A DNA stretch of 64,000 nucleotides from Octopus sinensis (lineage: Eukaryota): the NCBI RefSeq assembly GCF_006345805.1, contig NC_043012.1, positions 1,302,001 through 1,366,000 of the forward strand, in the 5' to 3' direction. Shown in pieces: positions 13,520 through 25,562 of the stretch (positions are counted from its first letter, which is position 1; every line of letters starts with the position of its first letter). Made by a program: the position numbers and the translations under genes. A model generated the notes under the pieces. That model did no database searches. It saw only the letters and a program-made list of their open reading frames with translations, and was not told the DNA's origin.

Positions 13520-13684
13520 TACGACAGGTTTCTTTCAGTTTCCGTCTACCAAATCCACTCACAAGGCATTGGTTGGCCCGGGGCTATAGCAGAAGACACT
13601 TGCCCAAGATGCCACGCAGTGGGACTGAACCCGAAACCATGTGGTTGGTTAGCAAGCTACTTACCACACAGCCACTCCTGCGCC
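13241..13684 (-). mobile_element. SINE-A
   Basis: Full-length; head ends ~30 nt upstream of the 13717 acceptor. Confidence 0.9.
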
Positions 13685-13716
13685 TATTATTTCATGTTTT
13701 TTTCATTTTTTTGCAG

Positions 13717-13874
13717 GATGCTGTTCAGTTTAACATCTCCATTGACTATACAGTGAGTGAAGCACAAAGATTTCCTGTAGACTATTACCTCATATCATAC
13801 CACATAAAAATGAGCCAGTTTATTCAAGGTCAGCAGTTCAATCCTGAAGGGATCACCCAGACCCAAAAATCAAG
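13717..13874 (+). CDS. Internal exon (phase 0 to 2) of a probable single-pass membrane receptor; ectodomain segment
   Basis: Strong acceptor tttttttcatttttttgcag|, donor AG|GTTTGT. Stop-free, non-repetitive frame DAVQFNISIDYTVSEAQRFPVDYYLISYHIKMSQFIQGQQFNPEGITQTQKS with an NIS sequon. Phase matches the next exon. Confidence 0.6.
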
Positions 13875-14622
13875 GTTTGTGAATCAATTTTTCATTCATT
13901 TTTGTAAAATCTAATTTTCTGAGCAAGCATGACTTTGATAGTGGAACTATTTGAGGTAGTACTTCTCCAGTTGGATGCTCTTCCAGTTGCCAACACTAAC
14001 CTGTTTATCAAGAAAGGGAATTTTTTTAAATTCCAGGGCAATTTCTAAGTTCAGGCATAATGGACTATTGCAACTGATACTTGCTCAAGCACTGGACAAA
14101 AACGGGGTCACTGCCCATCTGGCTATCCAAATGACAGGATCTATGTAGACACACATTTCTTTGACTGTGCCCTCCAGAAGATAGGCCTTTGCAGCCAAAA
14201 AATATAAAGGGTTTTTCAGTTGTCATTTCTGCATTGTTAGAAGCTTTACATATATATACTTCTTTATTGCCCACTGGGGACTAAACATAGAGGGGACAAA
14301 CAAAGACAGACAAAGGGACTAACCACACAGAAAATGCAGCACTTGATACAAAAAGCTTGGGTAAGTCAGAGAATGGAGTGTTTGGCACCTTGTCAGCCCT
14401 GATAGAATGAACAAACTTAATATCAAGAATGCCAATTTACACCAAATGTACAGTTTTCTTTGGTAAAAAATATATCAAATTCTGTCTCTTTTGTAAATAA
14501 TTTCAGGACTAAAATCTATTTCTTAAATAATTTCAAATTCTGTCTCTTTTGGTAAATTCTGTCTCTTTTGTAAATAATTTCAGGACTGTAATCTATTTCT
14601 TAAATAATTGCTCACTTCAAAG

Positions 14623-14901
14623 TAATATTCTGGATGAAAAAGAACAAAAAAACCCACGAGGCCATAATTTCACAGTAGTGGTGAATGGGTTGTTCTTTGA
14701 AGAATTGGATATATATGTCTACAAAATAAGGACTGAAGATCGTGAGTTTAACTTTACAACAGAACCAAACATCAACAGCACAAAGAAGAGAATATGGTAC
14801 CTTGTGGTTATAAAATATTGGGAGTTGTCGATATCCTGTATTCTGATGATTCTAACCGTTATTTTCTCAATAACATCTGCCATATACTGGTGCTACAAAG
14901 G
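14623..14901 (+). CDS. Internal exon (phase 2 to 2): FN3-like membrane-proximal ectodomain plus transmembrane helix
   Basis: Acceptor ctcacttcaaag|, canonical donor GG|GTAAGT. 93 open codons NILDEKEQKNPRGHNFTVVVNGLFFEELDIYVYKIRTEDREFNFTTEPNINSTKKRIWYLVVIKYWELSISCILMILTVIFSITSAIYWCYKG, with three NxT/S sequons and a ~23-aa hydrophobic stretch followed by K. Family not identified. Confidence 0.7.
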
Positions 14902-15659
14902 GTAAGTAATATGTTTCACTTTTGATGCTCTTCTTATCATTCCTCTCCTCATGCTCTTCTTCTTCTTTCTTCTTTTTCTCATCCTCCTCCCCTTTCTTCT
15001 CCTCCTCCTCCTTCTTCTTTTCTTTTCCCTATTCTTTCTCTTCTTTCTCCATAACATGGAATGATTTCAAAAGGGAAAAGTAATCTAGTTTAATCCTCTA
15101 TTCAACATAAAGGTTTCCATTAACGTTGCTAAAAGCTTCCAGGTGCTAATTAAAAACCATTTCCCAAGAAACTATAGATATCATAAACTCTTTAATCACC
15201 ATAATATCAAGGTTAGCTTCTTACGCTTAGATAATATAATTTTCAGCATTATACACAACAGATGCAAACATGCACCCATGCATTCCTCACCTTCTGTATC
15301 TGTGTGCATATGTGCATATATGTGTATGTGTGTATGCCTGCCTCTCTGTGTGCGTGTGTGTGTGTTTGGGAATATGTATAGCATTTGTAGTGATGGAATA
15401 TAACAGGGAAACATCAAAGAAGATAGGAAAATAACTGAACCTTTTTTGATTTTGTTAGTGGGTGTATTGTAATACACACACTCCAATCTGTAGCTGCTAA
15501 AAATCCCATTAACTCCCCATTGGAAGGATTCTGCCTTTTCAAAGGCTCTAGTCTACAGAGTTCCACTTATATTATTTGGTAGCTTCTCAAGGCTTTTTAC
15601 AGGCATAGCAGGTAATATGACATACGATCATCCATCATTTACAAGTTCATACTTCACAG

Positions 15660-15750
15660 AATTATGTCACATTGAGTCTATCCGACGGCTACATTCAAGG
15701 AACGCATATGAGGAATATTCAACCACTTTTAAACATAGTTTGATCAGTAG
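15660..15750 (+). CDS. Weak candidate exon (phase 1 to 2)
   Basis: catacttcacag| and AG|GTTTAA inside a ~95-codon stop-free frame (15494-15782); reads ELCHIESIRRLHSRNAYEEYSTTFKHSLIS. Phase does not join directly to the TM exon. Confidence 0.2.
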
Positions 15751-15859
15751 GTTTAACCAGTTGATAAAAAAAAAAAAATGAATGCTCAAGCACCAAACTT
15801 GACAGAAAAGTTCGTCATCATCATCATCATCAGTGTTATCATCAACATCATCATTAATG

Positions 15860-16130
15860 TTACCATCATCATCAACATTGATATTTTGTTTACCATGCTG
15901 GCATGGGTTGGACAGTTTCAAAGGAGCTGACAAGCCAGAAGGCTGGACCAGGATCTAGTTGTCTGTTTTGACATGGTTTCTACAAGTGGATGCCTTTCCT
16001 AAAGCAAACCACTCTACAGAGTGTACGGGGTGCTTTTTATGCAGCAACATCCTCAGTGCTTTTACATGGTACCAGCATGGGTGCACCCTATGTAGCATCA
16101 GCTCTGGTGCTTTTTATGTAATGCCAGGAT
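15860..16130 (-). mobile_element. SINE-C (diverged), contiguous with the 26-bp minisatellite
   Basis: Tail and body recognisable. Confidence 0.75.
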
Positions 16131-17078
16131 GGGTGCTTTCCATGTGGTTCTGCCATGGGTGCTTTCCATGTGGTTCTGCCATGGGTGCTTTCCATGTGGT
16201 TCTGCCATGGGTGCTTTCCATGTGGTTCTGCCATGGGTGCTTTCCATGTGGTTCTGCCATGGGTGCTTTCTATGTGGTTCTGCCATGGGTGCTTTCCATG
16301 TGGTTCTGCCATGGGTGCCTTCCATGTGGTTCTGCCATGGGTGCTTTCCATTGTTCTGCATGGGTGCTTCCATGTGGTTCTGCCATGGGTGCTTTCTATG
16401 TGGTTCTGCCATGGGTGCTTTCCATGTGGTTCTGCCATGGGTGCCTTCCATGTGGTTCTGCCATGGGTGCTTTCCATGTGGTTCTGCCATGGGTGCTTTC
16501 CATGTGGTTCTGCCATGGGTGCTTTCTATGTGGTTCTGCCATGGGTGCTTTCCATGTGGTTCTGCCATGGGTGCTTTCCATGTGGTTCTGCCATGGTGCC
16601 TTCCATGTGGTTCTGCCATGGGTGCTTTCCATGTGGTTCTGCCATGGGGTACTTTCCATGTGTTCTGCCATGGGTGCTTTCCATGTGGTTCTGCCATGGG
16701 TGCTTTCCATGTGGTTCTGCCATGGTGCTTTCTATGTGGTTCTGCCATGGGTGCTTTCCATGTGTTCTGCCATGGGTGCTTTCTATCTATGTGGTTCTGC
16801 CATGGTGCCTTCTATGTGGTTCTGCCATGGGTGCTTTCCATGTGGTTCTGCCATGGGTGCTTTCCATGTGGTTCTGCCATGGGTGCTTTCCATGTGGTTC
16901 TGCCATGGGTGCTTTCTATGTGGTTCTGCCATGGGTGCTTTCCATGTGGTTCTGCCATGGGTGCTTTCCATGTGGTTCTGCCATGGGTGCTTTCCATGTG
17001 GTTCTGCCATGGGTGCTTTCCATGTGGTTCTGCCATGGGTGCCTTCCATGTGGTTCTGCCATGGGTGCTTTCCATGTG
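16131..17078. repeat. 26-bp minisatellite, ~36 copies (gggtgctttccatgtggttctgccat)
   Basis: Directly visible; explains all long ORFs between 15959 and 17251. Confidence 0.95.
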
Positions 17079-17353
17079 CTTTTAGCTGTATCAATAGTTT
17101 GATTCTGTTCCGCACAACTTAATGTTGCACATGAATAAAAGAACAACATTGGAAAACCTAAAGATATGCAATTCTGAATAATACTGTTAATATATAGAAA
17201 TAATATAACTTCTATGAAATTTATTCTTACTCCCTTTTCTTTCATTTGCACATCTACCTGTCTGTTTGTCTATCCATACATCTGTCACTCTATTGATCAA
17301 TTAATCTATCACTAAATTAACGAAAGGTTCTGTATCAATTTCTTCTATATTCA

Positions 17354-17393
<40 letters not shown>

Positions 17394-17427
17394 GCCGTCT
17401 CTCTCTCTCCTCTCTCTCATTGTATAC

Positions 17428-17886
17428 TCTTTACTCTCTTTTACTCTTTTACTTGTTTCAGTCATTTGACTGTGGCCATGCTGGAGCACCGCCTTTAGTC
17501 GAGCAAATCGACCACAGGACTTATACTTTGTAAGCTTAGTACTTATTCTATCGGTCTCTTTTGCCGAACCGCTAAGTTACGGGGACATAAACACACCAGC
17601 ATCAGTTGTCAAGTGATGTTGGGGGACAAACACAGACACACAAACATACAAACACACACGCACAAACATACAAACACACACACACACACACACACCATAC
17701 ATATATATATATATATACATATTTACGACGGGCTTCTTTCAGTTTCCGTCTACCAAATCTACTCACAAGGCTTTGGTCAGCCCGAGGCTATAGTAGAAGG
17801 CCTTTGCCCAAGGTGCCATGCAGTGGGACTGAACCCGAAACCATGTTGCTGGTAAGCAAGCTACTTACTACACAGCCACTCCTACA
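17428..17886 (-). mobile_element. SINE-A
   Basis: Full-length copy. Confidence 0.9.
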
Positions 17887-18004
17887 TACACATGCACACA
17901 CATATATGCACAAATGCATACACTCGCATACACAGACGGACATACACATCTACATATATGTATGCATGCATATAAAAGTCTTCATTATTCTTAATAATAT
18001 ACCA

Positions 18005-18398
18005 GTGTATATATGGAAGCACTCCGTCAGTTACGACGACGAGGGTTCCGGTTGATCTGAATCAACGGAACAGCCTGCTCGTGAAATTAGCGTGCAAGTG
18101 GCTGAGCACTCCACAGACACGTGTACCCTTAACGCAGTTCTCGGGGATATTCAGCGTGACACAAAGAGTGACAAGGCCGGCCCTTTGAAATACAGGTACA
18201 ACAGAAAGAGGAAGTAAGAGTGAAAGAAAGTTGTGGTGAAAGAGTACAGCAGGGATCACCACCATCCCCTGCCGGAGCCTCGTGGAGCTTTAGGTGTTTT
18301 CGCTCAATAAACACTCACAACGCCCGGTCTGGGAATCGAAACCGCGATCCTATGACCGCGAGTCCGCTGCCCTAACCACTGGGCCATTGCGCCTCCAC
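18005..18398 (-). mobile_element. SINE-E, tRNA-derived
   Basis: Minus strand tggcccagtggttagggcagcggactcgcggtc...ggtttcgattccc; head shared with 22537-22850 and 25560-25630. Confidence 0.85.
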
Positions 18399-18904
18399 CA
18401 GTGTATATATATGTCTATAGTGTGTGTGTGTGTGATGATGATGATGAATGAAACAGTTAAGGGAAAGAGAGAAAAAAGTTTCAAAGAGAGAGAGAGAGGG
18501 AGAGCGTGAGAAAGTATATATTAGCATGTTTATGTGTGTGTTAGCAGGGGGAGTATATGTGTGTGGAAGGAGGTTGTGTGTGTGTGTGTGTGTGTATTAC
18601 AATACACCCACTAACAAAATCGAACAAGGTACAGTTGTTTTCCTGTCTTCTTTGATGTTTCCCTGTTATATTCCATAGCTACAAATGCTATACATATTCC
18701 CAAGCACACACACACACACGTGCACACAGAGAGGCAGGCATACGCACATACACATATATACACATACGCACACAGATACAGATGCAAACTTTCACACACA
18801 TATAGAAAAATATGTGTGTATACATGGATAAATAGATAGGTGTATAAATTTGCACACAGATGCACATAAATTTGTACGTACTTATATACAAACGTATATA
18901 CATG

Positions 18905-18956
<52 letters not shown>

Positions 18957-19044
18957 TATATGTGTGTGTGTATCTATATACATGTGAATTTATGTATAAT
19001 ATATGTATACACACATGCATATATATATATATATTTATGTATAG

Positions 19045-19076
<32 letters not shown>

Positions 19077-19119
19077 GTGTGTGTATGTATATATATATAT
19101 ATATCCTCATCATCATCAT

Positions 19120-19390
19120 CGTCGTCATCATTGTCGTCGTTTAAGGTCCGCTTTCCATGCTGGCATGGGTTGGACGGTTTGACTGAGGACTGGTGAGCCA
19201 GAAGGTTGCACCAGGCTCAATCTGATCTGGCAAAGTTTCTACAACTGGATGCTCTTCCTAACGCCAACCTCTCTGAGAGTGTAGTGGGTGCTTTTAGATG
19301 CTACTGGCACGAGGGCCAGTCAGGCGGTTCTGACAACGACCATGTTCAAAAGGTGTTTTTACATGCTACCTGCACGAGAGCCAGTCATAT
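19120..19390 (-). mobile_element. SINE-C
   Basis: Same family; further partial copies at 1740-1912, 13030-13210, 27610-27705 and 30100-30290. Confidence 0.85.
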
Positions 19391-19535
19391 ATATATATTA
19401 TTGAATTTAATAATAATAATAGTAATAATAATAAGTGTGACCATTCCTAAAGCTTGGAAACCACTTTGCTCATGGCAGTGGCCTTGTAAGTTGTTTGAAG
19501 CATGACAAATGTTTCAGCCATGTTTTTCCCCACAG

Positions 19536-19599
19536 AAAACAAAATCTCACAGAAACACATTGTTCCTTCATTTCGGCTATCACAAAAATCAAATAAATG
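19536..19599 (+). CDS. Candidate short exon
   Basis: Very good splice signals (tttttccccacag| ... ATG|GTGAGA); two of three frames are open. Confidence 0.35.
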
Positions 19600-19790
19600 G
19601 TGAGAATCACTGCAAAACACAGAAACTAACCCGACAACACCAGCTGGCAGTCTGATGCCTGAGGGTTACATCAAGTGTCTTCTAAGGACAGAAATTTGAA
19701 TTACAATAAGCTTGTCCTACAGAGAACGTTTCTGTTCACTTTTGGATACCCCACTCATGTATATATATATATATATATATATATATGATA

Positions 19791-19821
<31 letters not shown>

Positions 19822-19829
19822 ATATATAT

Positions 19830-20394
19830 ATGGGTTGTTCGGAATGTTCATGCCGATTTTTAAAGCAAGAAAAAGGTCAATAAATACTGGCCGTTACATT
19901 TTTAATCAACCAAATATGAACCATTTTGTTGCACAATGCGTCTCCATCTTTCCTTTAACTTGAAAATACCCTCTTCCCAGAATTGAGGTGGTTTCATGGC
20001 AAAGAATTCATCAAGGTATCTTTTTACGTCATCCAAGGAATTGAAATTTTTACCCTTAAGACTATTCTGCAGAGACCTGAATAAGTGGAAATCCAAAGGA
20101 GCAATATCTGGTGAATATGGAGGGTGAGGTAATACATCCTAGCTGAATTGCAGCAATTTTTGTCTGGTTCCCAAAGCATCAAGTGCCGAAAATGAACTTC
20201 CTTATCTTCCATTTTAAAGGGTTACAGAATAAACACAGGTTATAGGAACATAAACCTTCTTCCACGAAAAGATAGCTTAAACTGTACTCTAAATCGAAAT
20301 GTAGTCAAATCCTATTTTATGGACTCAACCATGTTCTAAAATAAGTCAAAAGATAAGCTACTATAAATTGGCACGAACTTTCCGAACAACCCAA
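19830..20394 (-). mobile_element. Internally deleted mariner element
   Basis: ~30-bp TIRs (tgggttgttcggaa..gttc.tgcc.attt) with TA flanks. N-terminal MEDKEVHFRHLML fused to PHPPYSPDIAPLDFHLFRSL...WEEGIFKLKERWRRIVQQNGSYL. Confidence 0.9.
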
Positions 20395-20930
20395 TATATA
20401 TATATATATATATATATACATATTTGTTTATATATATAAATATATGGTATATGTATATGCATATGTGTGTGTGTGTGTATGTATGTTTATATACACACAC
20501 CACAGACACACACATATGTGTTCCAAATTATCTTGATTACTTCCAATAACCAAAAGTGTTTAGCTTTTTCATTAAAAGGTGATGGAGGTGAAGGAGCTGG
20601 ATGAGGGGGTATGTGTATACAGGAGGAGGGGGTAGCGGTCTGGCAGGCTGTGTTGAAAAGGTGATCTATGTTGGAGGAAAGCTGATTGGCCTTAAAAATC
20701 AGGCCTATGCTCGTATTTTACTCTGGTGTTTTTGTAAGTTTTCTATAGAATTTGATGAGAACCATTATTGGTGAACGTGCAAGAAAATAATCTAATTTTC
20801 CCTGGAATGTCATATATATTATCTATTTCTTGTTTTCTTTGTAGCTTATTTGGTCTTCGTTTTTCACCTGTTGATATGGAATAACTATAGATTATTTATG
20901 TAGCTGTATTCGTGAGCATGCGTGCATCCA

Positions 20931-21006
<76 letters not shown>

Positions 21007-21150
21007 GTGTGTGTGTGTGTGTGTGTGTGTCTGTAGTCATTTAGTTTTATTTCAGGATTTCTTGTCAGAGAGATAGTTGGTTTCTAACTTAGTTCCAAGG
21101 CTTTCATTGGAATTTCAACATCAATAGCAAAGTATGCATGTATGTATATA

Positions 21151-21186
<36 letters not shown>

Positions 21187-21189
21187 TGT

Positions 21190-21530
21190 GAAGGCGCATG
21201 GCTCAGTGGTTAGAGCGTCGAGCTTACGATCGTGAGGTTGTAAGCTCGAATCCCGGACCGGGCTGCGTGTTGTGTTCTTGAGCAAAGCACTTTATTTCAC
21301 GTTGCTCCAGTTCACTCAGCTGTAGAAATGAGTTGCGACGTCACAGGTGCCAAACTGTATCGACCTTTGTCTTTCCCTTGGATAACACTGGTGGTGTAGA
21401 GAGGGGAGGCTGGTATGCATGGGCGACTGCTGGCCTTCCATAAACAACCTTGCCCGGACTTGTGTCTAGGAGGGTAACTTTCTAGGTGCAATCCCATGGT
21501 CATTCATGACCGAAGGGGGTCTTTACCCTT
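21190..21530 (+). mobile_element. SINE-D, tRNA-derived
   Basis: A box tggctcagtgg, B box ctcgaatccc; second copy at 32745-33070. Confidence 0.85.
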
Positions 21531-21855
21531 TATGTATGTATGTATGCTTGTATGTATGCATGCTTGTATGTATGTATGCATGTATGTATGTATGCATGTA
21601 TGTATGTATGTATGCATGTATGTATGTTTGTATGTATGTATGTATGTATGTACGTATGTATGTATGTATGTATGCATGTATGCATGTATGTATGCATGTA
21701 TGTATGCATTATGTATGTATGTATGTATGTATGTTTGTATGTATTATGTATGTATGTACGTATGTATGTATGTATGTATGCATGTATGCATGTATGTATG
21801 CATGTATGTATGCATTATGTATGTATGTATGTATGTATGTTTGTATGTATGTATT
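21531..21855. repeat. (TATG)n degenerate array
   Basis: Directly visible. Confidence 0.95.
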
Positions 21856-21934
21856 GCTATTTGCAGATTTGTATGTTTTGCTTCATGTATGTCTTCTCAT
21901 GCATATACTTCCATATCTAGACATGCTTACATAT

Positions 21935-22225
21935 ACTTAAATGATAAACTTCTGGAAAGTTTTATAGACTTTTACAGTTCCACTGATGGCTTGGATCTGT
22001 AGTCTTCGAATTAGCTTTCTCCTTTCTGGTTTTGAGAAGCCTAATTTCACAAGATTGATATTTAGGCAGTAAGTTACATATCCCAGTGCCCCAATAATTA
22101 CAGGTATACACCCAAACTTGTAATCTGGAAAGAGTAACTGCAGATTTCTCAATAGTTCAGCAGAGGTGTTCTCTTTTGCTCTGGTCTTCAGCTTTATGTT
22201 AACATCCACTGGCAGCTGATTTCCA
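21935..22225 (-). mobile_element. RLE-type LINE C-terminal fragment (second family)
   Basis: LQLLFPDYKFGCIPVIIGALGYV...IRRLQIQAISGTVKV, typical of the RLE C-terminus. Confidence 0.7.
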
Positions 22226-22502
22226 CAACTAAACGCAGTTCTTTTCTCTGCCCAAAATGATTATATCAGCTCTTTAGTCAAACAAATCGACCCCAGGACG
22301 TATTCTTTGTAAGCCTAGTATTTATTCTATTGGTCTCTTTTGCCGAACTGCTAAGTTACGAGGATGTAAATGCCCCAACATCAGTTGTTAGGTGATGGTG
22401 GAGGGGACAAACACAAACACACAAACATATACATATATTCATATATATTTATATGTGTGTGTATGTGTGTGTGTGTTTGTGTGTGTGAGTGAGTGTGTGT
22501 GC

Positions 22503-22536
<34 letters not shown>

Positions 22537-22538
<2 letters not shown>

Positions 22539-22850
22539 AGGTGCAATGGCCCAGTGGTTAGGGCAGCGGACTCATGGTTGGAAGATCATGGTTTTGATTC
22601 CCAGACCAGGCATTGTGTGTGTTTATTGAGCAAAAACATCTAAAGCTTTACGAGGCTCCGACAGGGGATGGTGGCAACCCCTGTTGTACTCTTTTGCCCC
22701 AACTTTTTCTCACTCTTTCTTCTTGTTTCTTGAGTAACACTACAATGGACTGGCGTCCTGTCTAGCTGGTGGGGGAACACATACACCATGGAAACTGGGA
22801 AACCAGGCCGATGAGCCTGGCTAGGCTTGAAAAGGGCACATAAATAATAA
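22537..22850 (+). mobile_element. SINE-E-related
   Basis: Same tRNA-like head. Confidence 0.8.
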
Positions 22851-23055
22851 AATGTGTATGTATATATATATATATATATACATCTAATATAGGATAAAAT
22901 TTTTTTCGAAAAAATTTTATCAATGGCCAGCATATTAAAAAATACCTTTAAAGGTTAAATTAATAAACAACTTATAAACAAGTGCAACAGAAAAAAATTC
23001 TAATGCCAAATATGCCGATAACCATATAATTTAACACCATAAACATGCGTCTCGT

Positions 23056-23107
23056 ATCGGTCCCAATTTCAGAGTTAATTCATAAGAATTTTCTCCTCGT
23101 CAGCGAT
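23056..23107 (-). ncRNA. Degenerate hammerhead-like motif
   Basis: Minus strand: AUCG-CUGACGA-GGAG..AAUUC(uuau)GAAUU..CUCU-GAAA-uuggg-AC^CGAU. Core and stems I/II intact; U16.1 and stem III broken. Confidence 0.45.
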
Positions 23108-23321
23108 TAACACGTAAGACATAAATGAAATACTTACTCATACCCATGGAAGAAGCAAACACTAAGTCATGAGCAGACCTAAGTACCCCAAATATATCCA
23201 AAATAGAAAATCTCCAGCACATCTCGAAACACGTGTGATTCGAACTGAAAACAAATGTTAAATGTGGATGCTGATGATGATGATGATGGCGACAACTATG
23301 ATGATATATCATATATGGATA

Positions 23322-24197
23322 CCGGGTGCAGTGAATATATTGTCGTTTAAATTATGCAAAAATAAAAATAACACTGATATCTCATTTTAACAGATATATT
23401 TTTCAAAATTACATAAAAATATCTCGAAATACTAAAGAGTTAATTTATTCAATAAAATCGTCGTTGGCTTCAACCATGGCCTCCAGACGACATTGGAATC
23501 TCCTGCAACACTTCTGGATTGTCTCCTTGTTTAAGTTGGTGAATGTTGCCATAATCCTTGCCTTCAGTTCATCTTTTGTGTTACAAGGAGCTTAGTTAAC
23601 TCAGCTGTGACCAACACTCAAGGGGGTTGCAGTCTGGGGAGTAAGATAGCCAGAAGTTAGGGGTGATGTGGTTGCAGAAATTCTCTGACAGCCACGACTG
23701 GGTACTCCTGCTTGTGTGGCATGGTGCAGAGTCCTGCTACCAGACACAGGGTCTTCCAGCAGCCACTCTCTTGACCCAGAGCAACATTGCTTCCTCCAGG
23801 CACTTGATGCAGACCTCCATGTCAAGTCTGAGGCCATGTGGGAAGATGAATGGAGACATAACATCACCATCACTAGTGATCACTCCAAACACCATGATGT
23901 TAACTGGATGTTTATTTTTTTATCACTCTCGGGACATGTTTTGGGGACATGGCAAGCCAACGGTTGTTCTGTGTAACCGCCATTTGTTCATACTGGAGCT
24001 TCAAGCGTGAAGGCCAAGCAGTACAGCATGTCATTTCCAAATTTCTGGCTGAGTGAATTGCATCATGGTGCTGTTTTTCATACAGATGGTGCCCAACTGA
24101 CCCTACTATACTGCTTAGTCAACAGAATCAAAAACAAACAATGTGCATATGTGAAATTAAAAATATAAAATGGCGACAATTTACCCATCGCAACCTA
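23322..24197 (-). mobile_element. Tc1/mariner relic with DD37D-type spacing (maT-like)
   Basis: Imperfect TIRs with TA flanks. QDSAPCHTSRSTQSWLSENFCNHITPNFWLSYSPDCNPLE has 37 residues between the second and third acidic positions; stops present. Confidence 0.85.
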
Positions 24198-24298
24198 TAT
24201 GTGTGCATTATTATATATATAGTGCAAATATATATATGCATATATATAAATATATATATAATATATATTTATATATATATATATAATATATATTATAT

Positions 24299-24332
<34 letters not shown>

Positions 24333-25042
24333 GCATATATATATCAGAGATGAGAGAGGAAGAAAGAGAAAGATATGCAACAGCAGCAACAACAACAACA
24401 ATTTTGATGAATGACTTTTAAATAAATTATCAAAGTTTATCAATGGATATACTACGATATCATGTTGCATATCAATTTACACCATCTGACCATTTGTGAT
24501 ATAACATGGTAGTTTAAAAAATATCCAACCATTTTTTGCAAGACTTGTGAATTATAGACTAGTGAAAATTTTGAAATACCATGAAATGGTCTTATCTTTG
24601 CTTTTATCTCACCATTCTTCATAACAGACTTATCTGGCTGTTTTGCCAAATTTGCTTTTAGTATTGGTTGCGTTAAAAATCAACCAATCAGAAGTCAATA
24701 TAAATCTCTCTCTCTGTAATTCTTATATGCGTGTGTGTGTGTGTGTGTGTGTGTGTACGTGTGTACGTGTGTGTGTAGGGTTTTGTTGTTTAAAGTTATT
24801 TGTTTATATTATGCTTTTTTTGTATATGATTTAAAAAGAAAATATTTCAAATAATTTTTCAATGTATGTGCATATATAGACACACATACACACACTTACA
24901 CATAAACTCATGCATATATATAAACGTGTGTGTGTGTTTATATATAAATAATCAGCATCATCATCATCAACATCATTTTAACATCCATTGTCCGTGCTGG
25001 TGTGGGTGTCAGTTTGCATGACACTGATATCCCTATAACTAA

Positions 25043-25086
<44 letters not shown>

Positions 25087-25177
25087 ATTATACGCAACAT
25101 AAACATGTATATGCACATATACATATGAGCGTGTGTGTATGTGTGTATGTGTGTTGTGGAATTTGTAACTGAGATAC

Positions 25178-25562
25178 CAGTGCCGGTGGCACGTAAGAGA
25201 ACCATCCGAACGTGGCCATAGCCATCGCTGCCCGACTGACCTCCATGCCGGTGGCACGTAAAAAGCACCATCCGAGCGTGGCCATTGCCAGCTTCGTCTG
25301 GTCCCCGTGCCGGTGGCATGTAAAAAGCACCATCCGAGCATGGCCGTTTGCCAGCCTCGTCTGGCACCTGTGCCGGTGGCACGTAAAAAGCACCCACTAC
25401 ACTCACAGAGTGGTTGGCATTAGGAAGGGCATCCAGCTGTAGAAACACTGCCAGATCAGATTGGGCCTGGTGCAGCCTTCTGGCTTCCCAGACCCCAGTT
25501 GAACCGTCCAACCCATGCCAGCATGGCAAGTAGACGTTAAATGATGATGATGATGATGATGC
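25178..25562 (+). mobile_element. SINE-C with four internal units
   Basis: 62-65-bp units, then the family tail. Confidence 0.9.

Larger units (their letters stand above)
15294..18782. repeat. ~190-bp inverted repeat pair (15294-15482 and 18590-18782)
   Basis: Non-microsatellite core gggaatatgtatagcatttgtag...gggtgtattgtaatac and its reverse complement. Confidence 0.85.

Noticed and set aside
3451-13874. Identical length (158 nt) and phases of the 3451 candidate and the 13717 exon suggesting exon duplication
   Set aside because: No peptide similarity between them; treated as coincidence.
16131-17078. CRISPR-like or other prokaryotic repeat array
   Set aside because: No spacers, contiguous units, eukaryotic context.
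15959-17251. ORFs up to 387 aa (Cys/Met/Trp-rich or His-rich)
   Set aside because: Translations of a stop-free 26-bp minisatellite; open in several frames on both strands.
21075-21120. Related segment at 48866-48915 with the inner ~15 nt in opposite orientation (possible micro-inversion, HHR-like remnants)
   Set aside because: Too short and diverged to separate from chance; no UH site or stem II.
21190-21270. tRNA genes at SINE heads (also 18320-18398, 36373-36435)
   Set aside because: A/B boxes are present but there is no complete cloverleaf or acceptor stem, and each continues into a repeated SINE body.
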